Source: Rubripirellula sp. (GTDB lineage Bacteria > Planctomycetota > Planctomycetia > Pirellulales > Pirellulaceae). From it: a stretch of 64,000 nt of DNA. Below the pieces are notes generated by a model. It made no database searches and was not told where the DNA came from. It saw only the letters and a program-made list of their open reading frames with translations. Location: positions 7,424,001-7,488,000 of the forward strand of contig OZ244207.1 of the NCBI GenBank assembly GCA_965216875.1, in the 5' to 3' direction. How positions within the stretch are numbered: position 1 is the first letter of the stretch; each line of letters opens with the position of its first letter. The position numbers were made by a program, and so were the translations under genes. Below, one piece after another: positions 48,862 through 59,806 of this stretch.

Positions 48862-48864
48862 TCG

Positions 48865-49797
48865 ATGGAACGGGATGCCATGCAAACGAAATATCGGCTG
48901 ATAGCCCTGTCGCTCTGTTGCTTTGCGGCGACGTTACCATGCGCGTTGCCTGCCGAGGAACTTGAGGCGTTCACCGAACCCTACAAACGCGTTGCCATTC
49001 CTGCTGCGGAAGTCGGTGTCATTGACCGAGTGTTGGTGTCCGAAGGCGACTCCGTTTCCAAAAAGCAGATGCTTGCGCGATTGGACGACCGCGTGCTGCA
49101 GGCCACCTTGCTTGTCGCGCAAGCAGCCAAAGATGCGCTTGGCAATCGACAGGCCGCAGAAGCAGACTTGAAGATGCGCACCCAACAACTTGAGAGCTAT
49201 CGCCAACTGCGCGCTCGTGGAAACGCAACGCAGCGAGAGCTGGAACGGGCCGAGGCGGATCATTTGCAGTCGCAATCTCGCCTGCAAGCGGTCAACGAGG
49301 AACTTGAAGTCAGGCGTCTTGAGTATGAGCGAGTGAAGGCGCAGATCAACCAACGACGCATTGAGTCGCCCATCGAAGGCGTGGTGGTCGAAATCGAGAA
49401 AGAAGAAGGCGAGTTCGTGTCGCCCACCGACCCCGTCGTGATGCACATTGTCCAGCTCAAGATGCTTAAGGCCGTCTTTTCAGCACCGATGTCCTCCGTT
49501 TCGGCACGCGGTCGAAAGGCCTTGCGTCCAGGTCAAACTGTCAAGGTTGTCGTTGGTCCTCAAGAACGTGTTTGTGAGGGCGTGATCGAATTCGTGTCGC
49601 CGGTCGCAGATGCCCAGAGCGCGACGGTCCGCGTCAAGATTCGCATTCCGAACGAAGAGGGCATCGTCCAAAGTGGCGCGGTCTGTCGTTGGGACATGAC
49701 TTCCGCGGCCCCCGTTGAACGGTTAGGACAAAACGTTGAACGGCTCGGACAAAACGTTCAACGATTGGGGCAAGGGGCCAACTCACAGACCAAGTAG
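48865..49797 (+). CDS. HlyD/MFP family periplasmic adaptor
   Basis: Signal peptide, GVIDRVLVSEGDSV, coiled coil, IESPIEGVV and IEFVSPVAD. Confidence 0.88.
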   Translation: MERDAMQTKYRLIALSLCCFAATLPCALPAEELEAFTEPYKRVAIPAAEVGVIDRVLVSEGDSVSKKQMLARLDDRVLQATLLVAQAAKDALGNRQAAEADLKMRTQQLESYRQLRARGNATQRELERAEADHLQSQSRLQAVNEELEVRRLEYERVKAQINQRRIESPIEGVVVEIEKEEGEFVSPTDPVVMHIVQLKMLKAVFSAPMSSVSARGRKALRPGQTVKVVVGPQERVCEGVIEFVSPVADAQSATVRVKIRIPNEEGIVQSGAVCRWDMTSAAPVERLGQNVERLGQNVQRLGQGANSQTK

Positions 49798-49818
49798 GGC
49801 AGGTCGAGATGACCATGC

Positions 49819-51375
49819 TTGCTAGGTGAAACGCAAAAAGTTCAGCAAGTGGATAATGGTGACGGCAAATTGCATGATCCGTCGATTCTGGTTGGTTCAG
49901 GCCAATTTCAGGTCCCGGTCGTTGCTGGAAACACGTCAACCAATCAGGCTGACAACACGGCCAATCCGACAGCACACAACGGGCAACAAACGACAGGCGA
50001 ATCGGAGCTTGTCGTTCGTGCCGAGCAGGCGGAGTTAACCGCCCTCGTCTTGGCGACGATCGTCGAAATCCACTGCGAGATGGATGGAGCGGCGAATCTT
50101 GAGAATGCCGCCGCCGCAGCAGCGCACGCAGTGCGCGATCAGCTTGCAGGAAAATGCGTGTTGGTGGGGTGGAAATCGGAGGACTCAGCAGGCATCAAAC
50201 TCGTTGCTCAGGCTGGGAGTGGTCCGCCCCTATCGCAAGAAGTACATCGGCTTGCCGAAGCAGCGTGCGAAGAAGTGCTGGCTCGAGGCACGTTAACGAT
50301 TTGGCCGGCACAGAAGCACGCGAGCCGTCATGCGTTGATGGCGGTGTCGCAATTTGGTCGTCGTGTTCATTGCGAATCGATGGTCGCAGCACCTTTGACC
50401 GCTGGTCGAGATGGTCGGGCCGGTGTCTTGATTGCGGTCGACTGTGAGTTTCCAGCTGTGGCCGAGCGTCTGATCGACGGACTTCGAGATCCACTCGGTT
50501 CAAAACTGGACGCGTATGCAGAGCAGCGCCCCAGTCGAATTGAATCGCTCGTTCGGCAAACCGTGAATCTGTTTCGTGGCGAACGACGCAAGTTCTTTTC
50601 GCTCGCGTTGACGGCGATCACCTTGTTGATGGTTTTGCCAGTGCGATACCGCATTTCAGGAAGCTGTGAATTGCAACCGGTTCAACGACGGTTTGTCGCA
50701 GCGCCCTTTGACGGTCCTCTCAAAGCAGCGATGGTGCGCCCCGGCGATCTCGTGCTCGAAGAACAGTTGTTGGCAACGATCAATCCGAGAGAGATCGAAT
50801 ACAAGCTTGCCGGCGTTCGCGCAGACCTTTCGAGAGCCCAGCAAGAGCAAAAAGGAATGATGGCCGACCACGACATCGCGGGCAGCAAACTCGCCGCACT
50901 CGAGTCGGCGCGACTGCGATACGAAAAAGAACTGCTCGAATACCAACGTTCCCACCTCGAGATCCGCAGTCCGATCCGCGGCATCGTGGTGAGCGGTGAT
51001 TTGGAAGAAGCGGAAGGCACTCCGCTTTCTCGCGGTGAAACATTGTTCGAGATTGCCCCGCTTGGCCAGATGGTTGTCGAAGTGGCCATCCCGGAAGAAG
51101 ACTTCCCGCATGTTCGGCGCGGGATGCCCGTCGACTTTTATGTTTACTCGCTGCCCAATCGAAAGCTGTCGGGGACACTTCAGCGAATTCATCCCCGTGC
51201 CGAATTGCGCGACCATGACAATGTTTTCATCGGCGAAGTGTTCGTTAGCGATCCTCGAAACCTCTTGCGGCCCGGAATGCGCGGCAAAGCGACCATCACT
51301 GGCGATCGTCACTCGCTCGGTTGGAATCTATTTCACAAGGCATACCACGCCGTTCGAACCTCACTCGTGCTCTAG
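49819..51375 (+). CDS. HlyD family adaptor with N-terminal cytoplasmic (GAF-like) domain; start uncertain
   Basis: One central TM, VAAPFDG.L....VRPGD.V, IRSPIRGIVVSGDL and LRPGMRG. Only TTG/GTG starts are available near the 5' end. Confidence 0.82.
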   Translation: MLGETQKVQQVDNGDGKLHDPSILVGSGQFQVPVVAGNTSTNQADNTANPTAHNGQQTTGESELVVRAEQAELTALVLATIVEIHCEMDGAANLENAAAAAAHAVRDQLAGKCVLVGWKSEDSAGIKLVAQAGSGPPLSQEVHRLAEAACEEVLARGTLTIWPAQKHASRHALMAVSQFGRRVHCESMVAAPLTAGRDGRAGVLIAVDCEFPAVAERLIDGLRDPLGSKLDAYAEQRPSRIESLVRQTVNLFRGERRKFFSLALTAITLLMVLPVRYRISGSCELQPVQRRFVAAPFDGPLKAAMVRPGDLVLEEQLLATINPREIEYKLAGVRADLSRAQQEQKGMMADHDIAGSKLAALESARLRYEKELLEYQRSHLEIRSPIRGIVVSGDLEEAEGTPLSRGETLFEIAPLGQMVVEVAIPEEDFPHVRRGMPVDFYVYSLPNRKLSGTLQRIHPRAELRDHDNVFIGEVFVSDPRNLLRPGMRGKATITGDRHSLGWNLFHKAYHAVRTSLVL

Positions 51376-51381
51376 GCTGGT

Positions 51382-53532
51382 ATGTCGACGCGGGATCCAA
51401 ACACGATCGATCTGACTCAGGCGACACTTCGGTTGGCCGACGATATCGTTGTGTGGCCCGTGTCCGAACGTGGTCAGACCGTCTATCGCATCGAGATTCC
51501 TTCGTTGCACAAGTTCTTTCGCGTCGGCTACGAAGAGTACGTGTTCATTTCACTGCTGGATGGCAAGACGACACTTGCCCAAGCGTGCGGGTTGGCGGCT
51601 CGGCAACTCGGAAGCGATGCGCCGACCTCCAAACAAGCGGATTCGATACAGCGTTGGTTGCTACAGAATGGTCTTGCCTATTTGCCGCAAGATGCGCCAC
51701 CGGTTCGTGATACGCGATTACAGGCAACGGGCCATCGCACGTGGGCAAACCTCAATCCGTTTTGGATGAAATTCTCGTTGCCCGCCAGTCAACGCGTGCT
51801 CGCGCCGCTCGCGAAACGATTGAAGTTCCTTTTCAATCCGTTGTTGGTCAGCGTTGGGTTGGCGGTTATCGCAGCGGCGATCTTTATTCTTTGCGTGAAC
51901 TGGAAGTCGTTTTCCGAAAGCGCAAAGGAGATCATCAGTCTGAACAATTGGGCATGGCTGTTGGGCACCTGGGTCGCACTCAAGGTCGTCCATGAGTTGG
52001 CGCACGCGATTGCTTGTTATCGGCACGGCGGCGTTGTTCGCGAATCGGGTGTTGTGCTGGTGCTGTTCGCCCCGTTGGCCTATGTGGACGTGACCAGTTG
52101 TTGGCGTATGAACTCGCGTTGGGCGCGAATCGCCGTAGCGGCGGCAGGTATGTACGTCGAGTTGGTGATCGCCGCACTGGCAATCATTGCATGGACATTC
52201 GTCGACTCGGCGAGCACCAAGTTCTTTCTCTACAACTTAGTGCTCTCGGCCGGACTGTCGACCGTGTTGTTCAACGCGAACGCCTTGATGAGGTTCGATG
52301 GTTACTTCATTTTAGCCGACCTGATCGATGTTCCGAACTTGTATGCCGAAGGGTCACAGTCGGTGCGTCGGATCGCACGACGATTGGTGCTGGGGCTGCC
52401 CTCCGGGAAGACTCACTTGGTGGGATGGCGGCGGCATTTAGCAACGGCCTATGGTTTTGCATCGTGCATTTGGCGAGTGACCATTTGCGTCACCTTGGCG
52501 ATCACGGCCGCGACGATGTTCGCTGGCGCCGGGATTGCCATCGCGGCATTGGGTGTGGTGATGTGGTTGGGCAAACCGACTCGGCAAGTGTGGACCACAA
52601 TGAGTGACCTTTACCGCCAGGACCGCGCACGCTTTGTTCGTGCTTTGGTCGTGAGTAGCGGATTGCTCGGCGGCGGATGGTTGTTGTTTTGGAAAATCCC
52701 ACTGCCCACCGCTGTCCACGCGCCGACGGTTGCGATGTATCGCCCAGAGACGATTGTCCGCAGCCAGGCGACGGGCTTCATACGCGCCGTCCACGTACAC
52801 AACCAGCAAGAGGTCAAGCAAGGTGACCTGTTGATCGAGTTGGAAAATCGCGAACTCGTCAAGCAATACCAACAGCTCAAGCTGACCATCGAGCAAAACG
52901 AAATCCGGCTCCGCAAAGCAGCGGGTGACCAGGATCCATCGTTGCAGTGGGTGCTCAAGCAGAATCGCGTGGCACTTGACGAACAATTGGATCAACTCCA
53001 ACCGCAGGTCGATGGATTGAGCGTACTCGCACCGCGAGACGGTTTTGTTGTCCAGCGTGATTTAGCGATGAAGGTCAACAGCTACGTCCACGAAGGTGAC
53101 GCATTGCTTGTGGTGGCAAGCCATGGCGATAAAGAGCTGATCGCACTGGTTGATCAGGATTCGATTGACCAAGTCCGCTCGAGCATTGGCACAAAGGTTC
53201 CCATTCGAACGGCAAGCTATGAGGTGGCGCAAGGCACCTTGGGGCGGATCGAGCCTCGCGGCACGTTGCGATTGCCCAATCCGTCGCTGGCGGCGGCCGA
53301 AGGAGGTCCGCTTGAGGTGCGGCGGGTCGACGAAGCTGGCCTTGGCGATCAAGCCTACCAACTATTGACGCCCCATTTTCAAGCTCGGCTCGAGGTCAGC
53401 CCCGACGTTGCTCAAGAGATTCCGGCGGGGATGCGAATGACGACGATGTTGGGTTACCAAAATGATCCCATGGCAACGCGAATCAAGAAAACGGTTCGTC
53501 GGCTTTGGCATGAAGCCAACCAGCAGCAGTGA
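51382..53532 (+). CDS. M50 (site-2) metallopeptidase-HlyD fusion with PqqD/RRE-like N-terminus
   Basis: KVVHELAH (HExxH), AYVDVT, AAGMYVE and FNANALMRFDGY, with multiple TMs and a C-terminal biotinyl-lipoyl/coiled-coil region. Confidence 0.88.
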   Translation: MSTRDPNTIDLTQATLRLADDIVVWPVSERGQTVYRIEIPSLHKFFRVGYEEYVFISLLDGKTTLAQACGLAARQLGSDAPTSKQADSIQRWLLQNGLAYLPQDAPPVRDTRLQATGHRTWANLNPFWMKFSLPASQRVLAPLAKRLKFLFNPLLVSVGLAVIAAAIFILCVNWKSFSESAKEIISLNNWAWLLGTWVALKVVHELAHAIACYRHGGVVRESGVVLVLFAPLAYVDVTSCWRMNSRWARIAVAAAGMYVELVIAALAIIAWTFVDSASTKFFLYNLVLSAGLSTVLFNANALMRFDGYFILADLIDVPNLYAEGSQSVRRIARRLVLGLPSGKTHLVGWRRHLATAYGFASCIWRVTICVTLAITAATMFAGAGIAIAALGVVMWLGKPTRQVWTTMSDLYRQDRARFVRALVVSSGLLGGGWLLFWKIPLPTAVHAPTVAMYRPETIVRSQATGFIRAVHVHNQQEVKQGDLLIELENRELVKQYQQLKLTIEQNEIRLRKAAGDQDPSLQWVLKQNRVALDEQLDQLQPQVDGLSVLAPRDGFVVQRDLAMKVNSYVHEGDALLVVASHGDKELIALVDQDSIDQVRSSIGTKVPIRTASYEVAQGTLGRIEPRGTLRLPNPSLAAAEGGPLEVRRVDEAGLGDQAYQLLTPHFQARLEVSPDVAQEIPAGMRMTTMLGYQNDPMATRIKKTVRRLWHEANQQQ

Positions 53533-53583
53533 TCGTCGCACGCCGCTTGATCGGCGCACCTGTTCTCAAATCCGCCATGTCGC

Positions 53584-54606
53584 TTAGGAGAGCGCGGCGC
53601 GATCTTCCAACGCCGAACGTACCTCGGCAAATTGCTCGGCGTTGCGTTCGAAAGCATCCACAACGGCCGGGTCAAATTGCTTGCCGCGTTCGGCAATGAT
53701 CATCTCGCAAACCTGCTCGTGGCAATAGGCATCCTTGTAGACGCGTTTGGACGCAAGAGCGTCGTAAACATCGGCAAGCGAGACGATGCGACCGCAGAGC
53801 GGAATGTCTTGGCCAGAGAGTCCGTGAGGGTAGCCGCGACCATCCCAACGTTCGTGATGGGATTCGGCGATATCACGAGCGACGGTCAAAAAGCTCGCTT
53901 CGGGATGGGCGTCCAGTGTCGCCGAAAGCGTTTCTCCGCCGATGATCGTATGCTCCTTCATCTTTTCGTATTCTTCATCGGTCAGTGACGACGTCTTGTG
54001 AAGGATCTCGTCGGGGATGCCCACTTTGCCAATGTCGTGAAGCGGGCTGGTCGAGTAGATCGCCTCGATGTAGTCGCCATCGATCTGGTCTTGATAGGGA
54101 CCGTTTTGCGAAAGGTCCACGGCGAGCAGTCGACTGTATTCACGGACGCGTTCGAGGTGCGCACCCGTTTCGGCATCGCGTGTTTCGGCGATGTTCGCGA
54201 GTGCCAAAATGGTCACATCGCGGTTTTCGAGTGACAGCACACGTTCGCCCACACGCAGTCGCACGCACAGTTCGGCAGGTTCGACGGGCTTGATGATCAT
54301 ATCGTCGGCGCCCGCATCAAGCGCCGCGACGGTGTCGTCGGTCGAGTTCCGCGCCGTGACGAGAATGATGTAGATGTAGCGGCCATAGTGCCTTGACCGG
54401 ATGGCTCGACAGAGTTCAAGGCCGGACATTTCAGGCATGTTCCAGTCCGAGACCACCAATCGGTAGTTTCCGGTTCGAAGCATGACGAGCGCTTGGTCGC
54501 CGTCGTCGGCACAATCGACTTCGTAACCAGCTTCAATCAACATGTCAGCGTGCAGTTCTTGGATGATGGGATCATCATCCACAACCAATACTCTTGAGTT
54601 CTTCAT
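53584..54606 (-). CDS. REC-HD-GYP cyclic-dinucleotide phosphodiesterase (RpfG-like)
   Basis: REC (VVDDD, SDWNMP, KP), ETGAHLERV, LHDIGK, HHERWDGRGYP and ADVYDALASKRVYK. Confidence 0.94.
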   Translation of the reverse strand: MKNSRVLVVDDDPIIQELHADMLIEAGYEVDCADDGDQALVMLRTGNYRLVVSDWNMPEMSGLELCRAIRSRHYGRYIYIILVTARNSTDDTVAALDAGADDMIIKPVEPAELCVRLRVGERVLSLENRDVTILALANIAETRDAETGAHLERVREYSRLLAVDLSQNGPYQDQIDGDYIEAIYSTSPLHDIGKVGIPDEILHKTSSLTDEEYEKMKEHTIIGGETLSATLDAHPEASFLTVARDIAESHHERWDGRGYPHGLSGQDIPLCGRIVSLADVYDALASKRVYKDAYCHEQVCEMIIAERGKQFDPAVVDAFERNAEQFAEVRSALEDRAALS

Positions 54607-54615
54607 TGTCTTCTT

Positions 54616-57600
54616 TTACCCCACGGCTTCCGTCTGGCAGAGGTCGGTATCCAACTGCGTTGATTCAACGTATTTGTTAAAGCGGTCGATTTGTCGCCCC
54701 AAGGAATCGAGCGTTGATGTTGCGTCATCGCCGAGTTCCGCTTGTTCACCAAGGTCTTGCAGCGTGGCGGCATCCTGTTCGATGGCTTCGGCTCCAAGCG
54801 ACGCGGCGACGCCCTTGAGGGCGTGAGCACGCTGTTTGAACCCTTCGGCGTCGGCATCCGCGAGGCACCGTTCCAGTTCGGCCATGTCGTCGCCGAGGCG
54901 AGAATGCAAACGGTCAATCAGCTTCTTTGCCAACGGCTGTTTTCCGTTGCAGCGTTGCAAGAGCGATTCGACATCCAAGACCCGGAACGCGTGTTGGGCG
55001 TCGGATGACTCGTCCGTTTGAACCGCATCTGACGCTTCAGTGGTCGCAGATTCTTGGTCCTGCGGTTGGCTGGGAGTCAGTGCAAGATTTTGCGGCGAAT
55101 CGGAGTCGACCTGAGCCTGCGATCGATCTTGCGCAATGCACCGCTTGATCGTGTCGACCAATTGATCAGCCTGTAGCGGCTTGCTTAGGTAGTCGTTCAT
55201 TCCCGCGTCAAGACAACGCCGGCGTTCGCCCGGCATTGCGTTGGCAGTAAGCGCGACGATCGGAATAGGACGGGAGGCCTTTTTGTTTGATTCGATCTGA
55301 CGAATGATGCGAGTCGCTTCCATGCCGTCCATTTCAGGCATGTGCCAATCCATCAAAACCAAGTCATACTGTTTGCGCTTGACCATTTCGACCGCTTCGC
55401 GGCCGTTGTCGGCAACGTCGCACTGATAACCAAGCTGCGAGAGCATTTCGGTGACAACCATTTGGTTGATCTCTTGGTCCTCGGCCAAAAGGATGTTGCC
55501 ACGGTTTTTGGGTGTGTCCTCTTGCTTCGCTGCGTAACGTTTGGTCCGCTTTTCACCGGTCAGGCACTGCAACAGTTCTTTGGCTCGCACGGGCTTTTCG
55601 ATGAAGTCGTCGAACCCGTCATCGCAGAGTTCTTCGACACTTCGACAATGACCAAGTGGGACCATTGCCGTCAATTTGGTGGGCGAACTATCGCGTTCGT
55701 TGCTGAACACGTGAGCGAGTGAGGTCGCGGAATCGTCGGTGAGTGCGGCGTCCACCAACGCGAGATGATAGGGCACATCACTCGCTTTGGCCTTGCGTAG
55801 TGCGACCAGGGCATCGATCGGGTCGGCGACCACGTCAGCTTCAAGACCCCAGTCAATCAAACGCATCCGAAGCGATTCGCAGACCGCTTGGCTGTCATCG
55901 ACGACAAGGACTTTTGTGCCTTGGATGCCCTCGGGCAATTTGAGCGTTTCGATGGTTGATGATTCGAGTTTGGCAAGCGTGACCGTGAATGCGAACACCG
56001 AACCTTCACCCAGGACACTGGTCACTCCGATGTGACCGCCCATCATTTCGCAAAGTTGTTTGCAGATTCCCAGGCCCAGTCCTGTTCCGCCGTAACGTCG
56101 CGTGGTCGATGCATCCGCTTGTGTAAAGGCTTCGAAAACTCGATCGAGCTGCTCTTCAGGGATTCCGATGCCTGTATCGCGAACTTGGAATTGAACGCAT
56201 ACCGATTCGTCGGTCTCTTCTTGTTTGACCACGCGAACATGGATCTCGCCCTGCTCAGTGAATTTGATCGCGTTGTTGGTCAAGTTATTCAAGATCTGAG
56301 CCAGTCGGCCGGGGTCACCCGAGACTGACATCGGGATCGATGGGTCGATCGAGCAGATCAATTCGACTCCTTCACGACATCGGTGGGCAACCGTGCTGAT
56401 GACCGATTCGATCATGTGAATTGGATGAAACTCAATGTGCTCGAGCTCAAGTTTGCCAGCTTCGATCTTTGAAAAGTCGAGGACTTCGTTGACCAAATGA
56501 AGTAGGGAAACGCCTGAGTATTGAGCGGCTTCGGCGTATTTCGCCTGCTGGCGATCAAGATCCGTTTTGAGCAACAGTTCATTCAGGCCGATCACACCAT
56601 TGAGTGGTGTTCGGAGTTCATGTGAAATGTTGGCCAAAAACTCACTCTTAGCTCGGCTAGCCAGCTCGGCTTCGGCGCGGGCCTGTTCGAGTTGTTCGTT
56701 GTATGCGGTCAGTTGTTGTTGCGTTTGCTTGAGCGTTGCAATGGTGCCATTGAGTTCGCGCGTGCGATCGGCCACCTTTTGTTCGAGATTCGCATTCAGA
56801 TCCGTGATCGTTTGATGGTTCGATTCCATGTGCGCAACCATTAAGTTGAATTGGCGCGCAAGCCGGTCGATCTCGTCGTTCCCAGTGGGCAACAGCCGCC
56901 GAGAGAGATCGCCTTTTCCAACCAAGTCCATCGCTTTGACCAAGTTGGCAACGCGGTAGGCAATCGAGTCACCTACCACGGTTGAGTAGACGACTCCCAA
57001 GACGATAGCGGTGATCGTGATGAACACACTGTGTGTGCGCAGCGCGTCGATCGCTTGTTCTTGGGTTTCGGGATGGTTGATCATCTCCGAAGCGCGTTGG
57101 CTGGCAACGGTGCCAATCATCAACGCCGTTGTGGCGATGATCAGCGTGAAGCAGAGACGCATGCGGAAACGAAGCTTACCGGGTCGTACTTTTTCGTAAT
57201 TGATCGCCACGCCGCGGCGGAGCAGGAATCGAATCACCGCCTTCATGCAGTGTTCGACGGCAAAGAAGTGCGACATCAACGCCATCGATATCGCAATGAA
57301 GACCGCAACCGTGATGCTGCCCATGATCATCACCGACGCGCCGTCGACGACTTTCAACACGATAAGGACGGGAAGCCAAGTCGACGCGGGGACCAACCAT
57401 GCTTCGTTGCGATGATGACGCGATGAGAATTCGACCGCTTCGCGACCAGCATGGTCACCAAGTTCTTGGTCAACCTCGTCGCCCCGAGTCAATCGCTTGA
57501 TTGCTTCACGCAGATGGCGAGTTTCCCACTGGGAAAGTAGCAACGTCAATGCGCAGGCAACTGCCGTCACAATCGCACTGGTGATGCGGAAGTGCATCCG

Positions 57601-57783
57601 CGTCTCGTGCGGGATCTCCATCGTGAATTCGACGTAGTAGATCACCAACAAGCCGCCCGAGATTCCGAACAGCCGTGTGGCGATCATCATCACCAGAATG
57701 AAATGGTGCCCCAAGTCCTCGAGCCATCGATCGACCCGCGAAGGGCGCTCGATGAGTTCGGCAGTCGGATTGCTTGAGGTCAT
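54616..57783 (-). CDS. Hybrid sensor kinase (about 6 TM-HAMP-HisKA-HATPase-REC-REC-Hpt)
   Basis: Multi-TM N-terminus, HAMP (GDLS......[14 protein letters not shown]), [14 protein letters not shown], two REC domains and Hpt AHALKG. It ends 9 nt upstream of the HD-GYP gene. Confidence 0.93.
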   Translation of the reverse strand: MTSSNPTAELIERPSRVDRWLEDLGHHFILVMMIATRLFGISGGLLVIYYVEFTMEIPHETRMHFRITSAIVTAVACALTLLLSQWETRHLREAIKRLTRGDEVDQELGDHAGREAVEFSSRHHRNEAWLVPASTWLPVLIVLKVVDGASVMIMGSITVAVFIAISMALMSHFFAVEHCMKAVIRFLLRRGVAINYEKVRPGKLRFRMRLCFTLIIATTALMIGTVASQRASEMINHPETQEQAIDALRTHSVFITITAIVLGVVYSTVVGDSIAYRVANLVKAMDLVGKGDLSRRLLPTGNDEIDRLARQFNLMVAHMESNHQTITDLNANLEQKVADRTRELNGTIATLKQTQQQLTAYNEQLEQARAEAELASRAKSEFLANISHELRTPLNGVIGLNELLLKTDLDRQQAKYAEAAQYSGVSLLHLVNEVLDFSKIEAGKLELEHIEFHPIHMIESVISTVAHRCREGVELICSIDPSIPMSVSGDPGRLAQILNNLTNNAIKFTEQGEIHVRVVKQEETDESVCVQFQVRDTGIGIPEEQLDRVFEAFTQADASTTRRYGGTGLGLGICKQLCEMMGGHIGVTSVLGEGSVFAFTVTLAKLESSTIETLKLPEGIQGTKVLVVDDSQAVCESLRMRLIDWGLEADVVADPIDALVALRKAKASDVPYHLALVDAALTDDSATSLAHVFSNERDSSPTKLTAMVPLGHCRSVEELCDDGFDDFIEKPVRAKELLQCLTGEKRTKRYAAKQEDTPKNRGNILLAEDQEINQMVVTEMLSQLGYQCDVADNGREAVEMVKRKQYDLVLMDWHMPEMDGMEATRIIRQIESNKKASRPIPIVALTANAMPGERRRCLDAGMNDYLSKPLQADQLVDTIKRCIAQDRSQAQVDSDSPQNLALTPSQPQDQESATTEASDAVQTDESSDAQHAFRVLDVESLLQRCNGKQPLAKKLIDRLHSRLGDDMAELERCLADADAEGFKQRAHALKGVAASLGAEAIEQDAATLQDLGEQAELGDDATSTLDSLGRQIDRFNKYVESTQLDTDLCQTEAVG

Positions 57784-58317
57784 GAATGTGCCAGGGGATG
57801 GCGTAGTGGGGACATTTTGGGGATGTCAGGTGGGCAAACATCATCAACGCAAAAAGTGATGTGCTTTGGCTCGCGTCCCGACTTGTGGCCTACCCTTGCA
57901 GTGTGGTTGGGTCTGGGAACCACACCCCCGAGGGTTGCGGCAATGACGCTTGAAACGGTTGCCAACGCCATCGCATCGGATTGCCAATGCTCGGCATTCG
58001 TCGTGGGAACGCGGACCGAAAGGAAAATAGGTCACCGCGCATCGTGAGCAAGCCAACCGGGATCAAAGAGATAACAGTCTTTGATAGCAATTCGTAAGGA
58101 GTAGCGATTGCGTTGAATCGTCCGGTTTTTTCGATTCTGAGCTCAAGTATCGGTTAGATAGCGTACGACGGTTAATGACAGAGACGAGCCGCTCCCCACA
58201 CGGTTCGTGCGCTCCGATGTTGTCGGGCACTGCTGCGCGAGTTCTGTGGGGCGAGGAAACGGCGGCAATGATTCGTTCGTCAACAACACGACACATTGCA
58301 ACAGGCTGGCATGGGCG

Positions 58318-59448
58318 ATGCGTAACCTTGCATTCTTGGGGCTCATTCTGATTAGTTCGCTGGCACCCGTTTGGGGCCAGGAGCTGGTTGACCTATCGAT
58401 CGACGATCTTCATTTGGCGTCTTCTCTCGAGGATGCGGCATCGGAATCTGAGTTTGTTGACTTCGTTGCCTGCGAGTTCGATCAGTGCGACACCTGTAGC
58501 GGGGTATCGTGTCGATGTTCAAAGCGTTTTCGCGACCGTTTACATGGCAGCGTTGAAACGCTCATCGTGCGTCCTCACTTTAGTGAAGCGGTTGCTTATG
58601 CAGCGGGGTCACAGACGGCCACAACGTTTAACATTGGCGCTCGGCCTATCAAATTTGATTACCGAGGTGGTATTCGCGCAATGTTTGGTCTCGACCTTGC
58701 GCGTCACTCCGATTCACTGCGCTTCACCTACTCCTACTTGCGAGGGGATGTTTCGATAAGCAGCGCGAACCTGGCGGCCAACGAATTCATTGTGGATCCT
58801 TTTGGAAACGTTGTTGGGTCGGTCACGATCGTTGATCCATCGGACGCGCGCTTTGGGACGACGATAACTGGGGGGGATGCGATTCAAACGCGATCGACCG
58901 TCGACGTTGATGTGTATGACATCGACTTTCACCGCATCTGGGGTGACGATCGGTGTTGGGAGGTTGCGCTCGACGCGGGTATCCGCATTGCGAACGTCAA
59001 ACAGACGTATCATTCGCTGGCAACAGCCGGCGCAACAACCGCCGGGTTTGGCTCGTTTTTCGCGGAATTTACGGGCGCTGGGCCACATTTGGGACTGCGT
59101 GGCACGCGTGCAGTTGGAGCGAAAAAACGACTCGCGTTTTACGGATCAACCCACACTGCGCTGATGCTTGGTGACTATGACGTTGTTTCGGGAAACAACA
59201 TTGGGGGTGGGGCGTTTGTTGCAAACCAAGACAACAACCAGCGTCGTACCATTGCAACGATTGAAACGGAACTCGGCGCGCGTTGGCGTGTTGGTTCGCG
59301 TTTAGATCTTGCCGCAGGATGGTTGTTTCACTTCTGGAATGACATGGGTGTAAGCGGCGGAACATTCAGCGGACTCTTCAACGGCGCTGATGATTCAAAC
59401 AACATGACGTTCGACGGCGCGTTTGTTCGCGCAGAGTTTCGTCACTGA
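58318..59448 (+). CDS. Outer membrane beta-barrel (Lpg1974/BBP7-like planctomycete porin)
   Basis: Signal peptide MRNLAFLGLILISSLAPVWG, a Cys-rich linker, amphipathic strands (F.GAGP.LG) and C-terminal FDGAFVRAEFRH. Confidence 0.75.
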   Translation: MRNLAFLGLILISSLAPVWGQELVDLSIDDLHLASSLEDAASESEFVDFVACEFDQCDTCSGVSCRCSKRFRDRLHGSVETLIVRPHFSEAVAYAAGSQTATTFNIGARPIKFDYRGGIRAMFGLDLARHSDSLRFTYSYLRGDVSISSANLAANEFIVDPFGNVVGSVTIVDPSDARFGTTITGGDAIQTRSTVDVDVYDIDFHRIWGDDRCWEVALDAGIRIANVKQTYHSLATAGATTAGFGSFFAEFTGAGPHLGLRGTRAVGAKKRLAFYGSTHTALMLGDYDVVSGNNIGGGAFVANQDNNQRRTIATIETELGARWRVGSRLDLAAGWLFHFWNDMGVSGGTFSGLFNGADDSNNMTFDGAFVRAEFRH

Positions 59449-59806
59449 TTTTAAAACGTTAACAATTAGAGAAACTCGCCGTATCTCTACTAAGCGAGTT
59501 GCGCCCCACCCGCCGAAAATTTCTTTCGCGACTTTCCGCAAATGTGTTGGCATGTCGCGCGCCTTTGGCGTTCAATCGGTGTAACAAACAGCGTCCGTGC
59601 ACGAAACGGTAACGCGGTTTGATCCGGTTATGGGGCACGCAGGTGTGTTGATCCAACACATCTGATCCATGAACCGCCAGTGGTTTCCCTTGCCCTGTGA
59701 TCGGTGTGACCTAGCTTTTAGCTGGTGATGTTCGAAGCGAATCGATTACATCACGTGTGCTGAAACCGAGGCACATTGCGCACTCCCACACGCAAGGTAC
59801 GACTAA

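Noticed and set aside
51382..53532. RiPP biosynthetic cluster (PqqD-like + M50 peptidase)
   Set aside because: No precursor peptide or modifying enzymes (YcaO, LanM, radical SAM) are nearby, and the context is protein secretion.
57832..57865. c-di-GMP-I riboswitch-like words GGCAAAC...ACGCAAA near the kinase/HD-GYP genes
   Set aside because: It lacks the GNRA-capped P2 stem and correct spacing, and it is on the strand opposite the adjacent kinase gene.
58307..58323. Sigma-54-like TGGCATG-N4-ATGC
   Set aside because: It overlaps the probable start codon of the porin and the -12 element is imperfect, so it cannot be supported.
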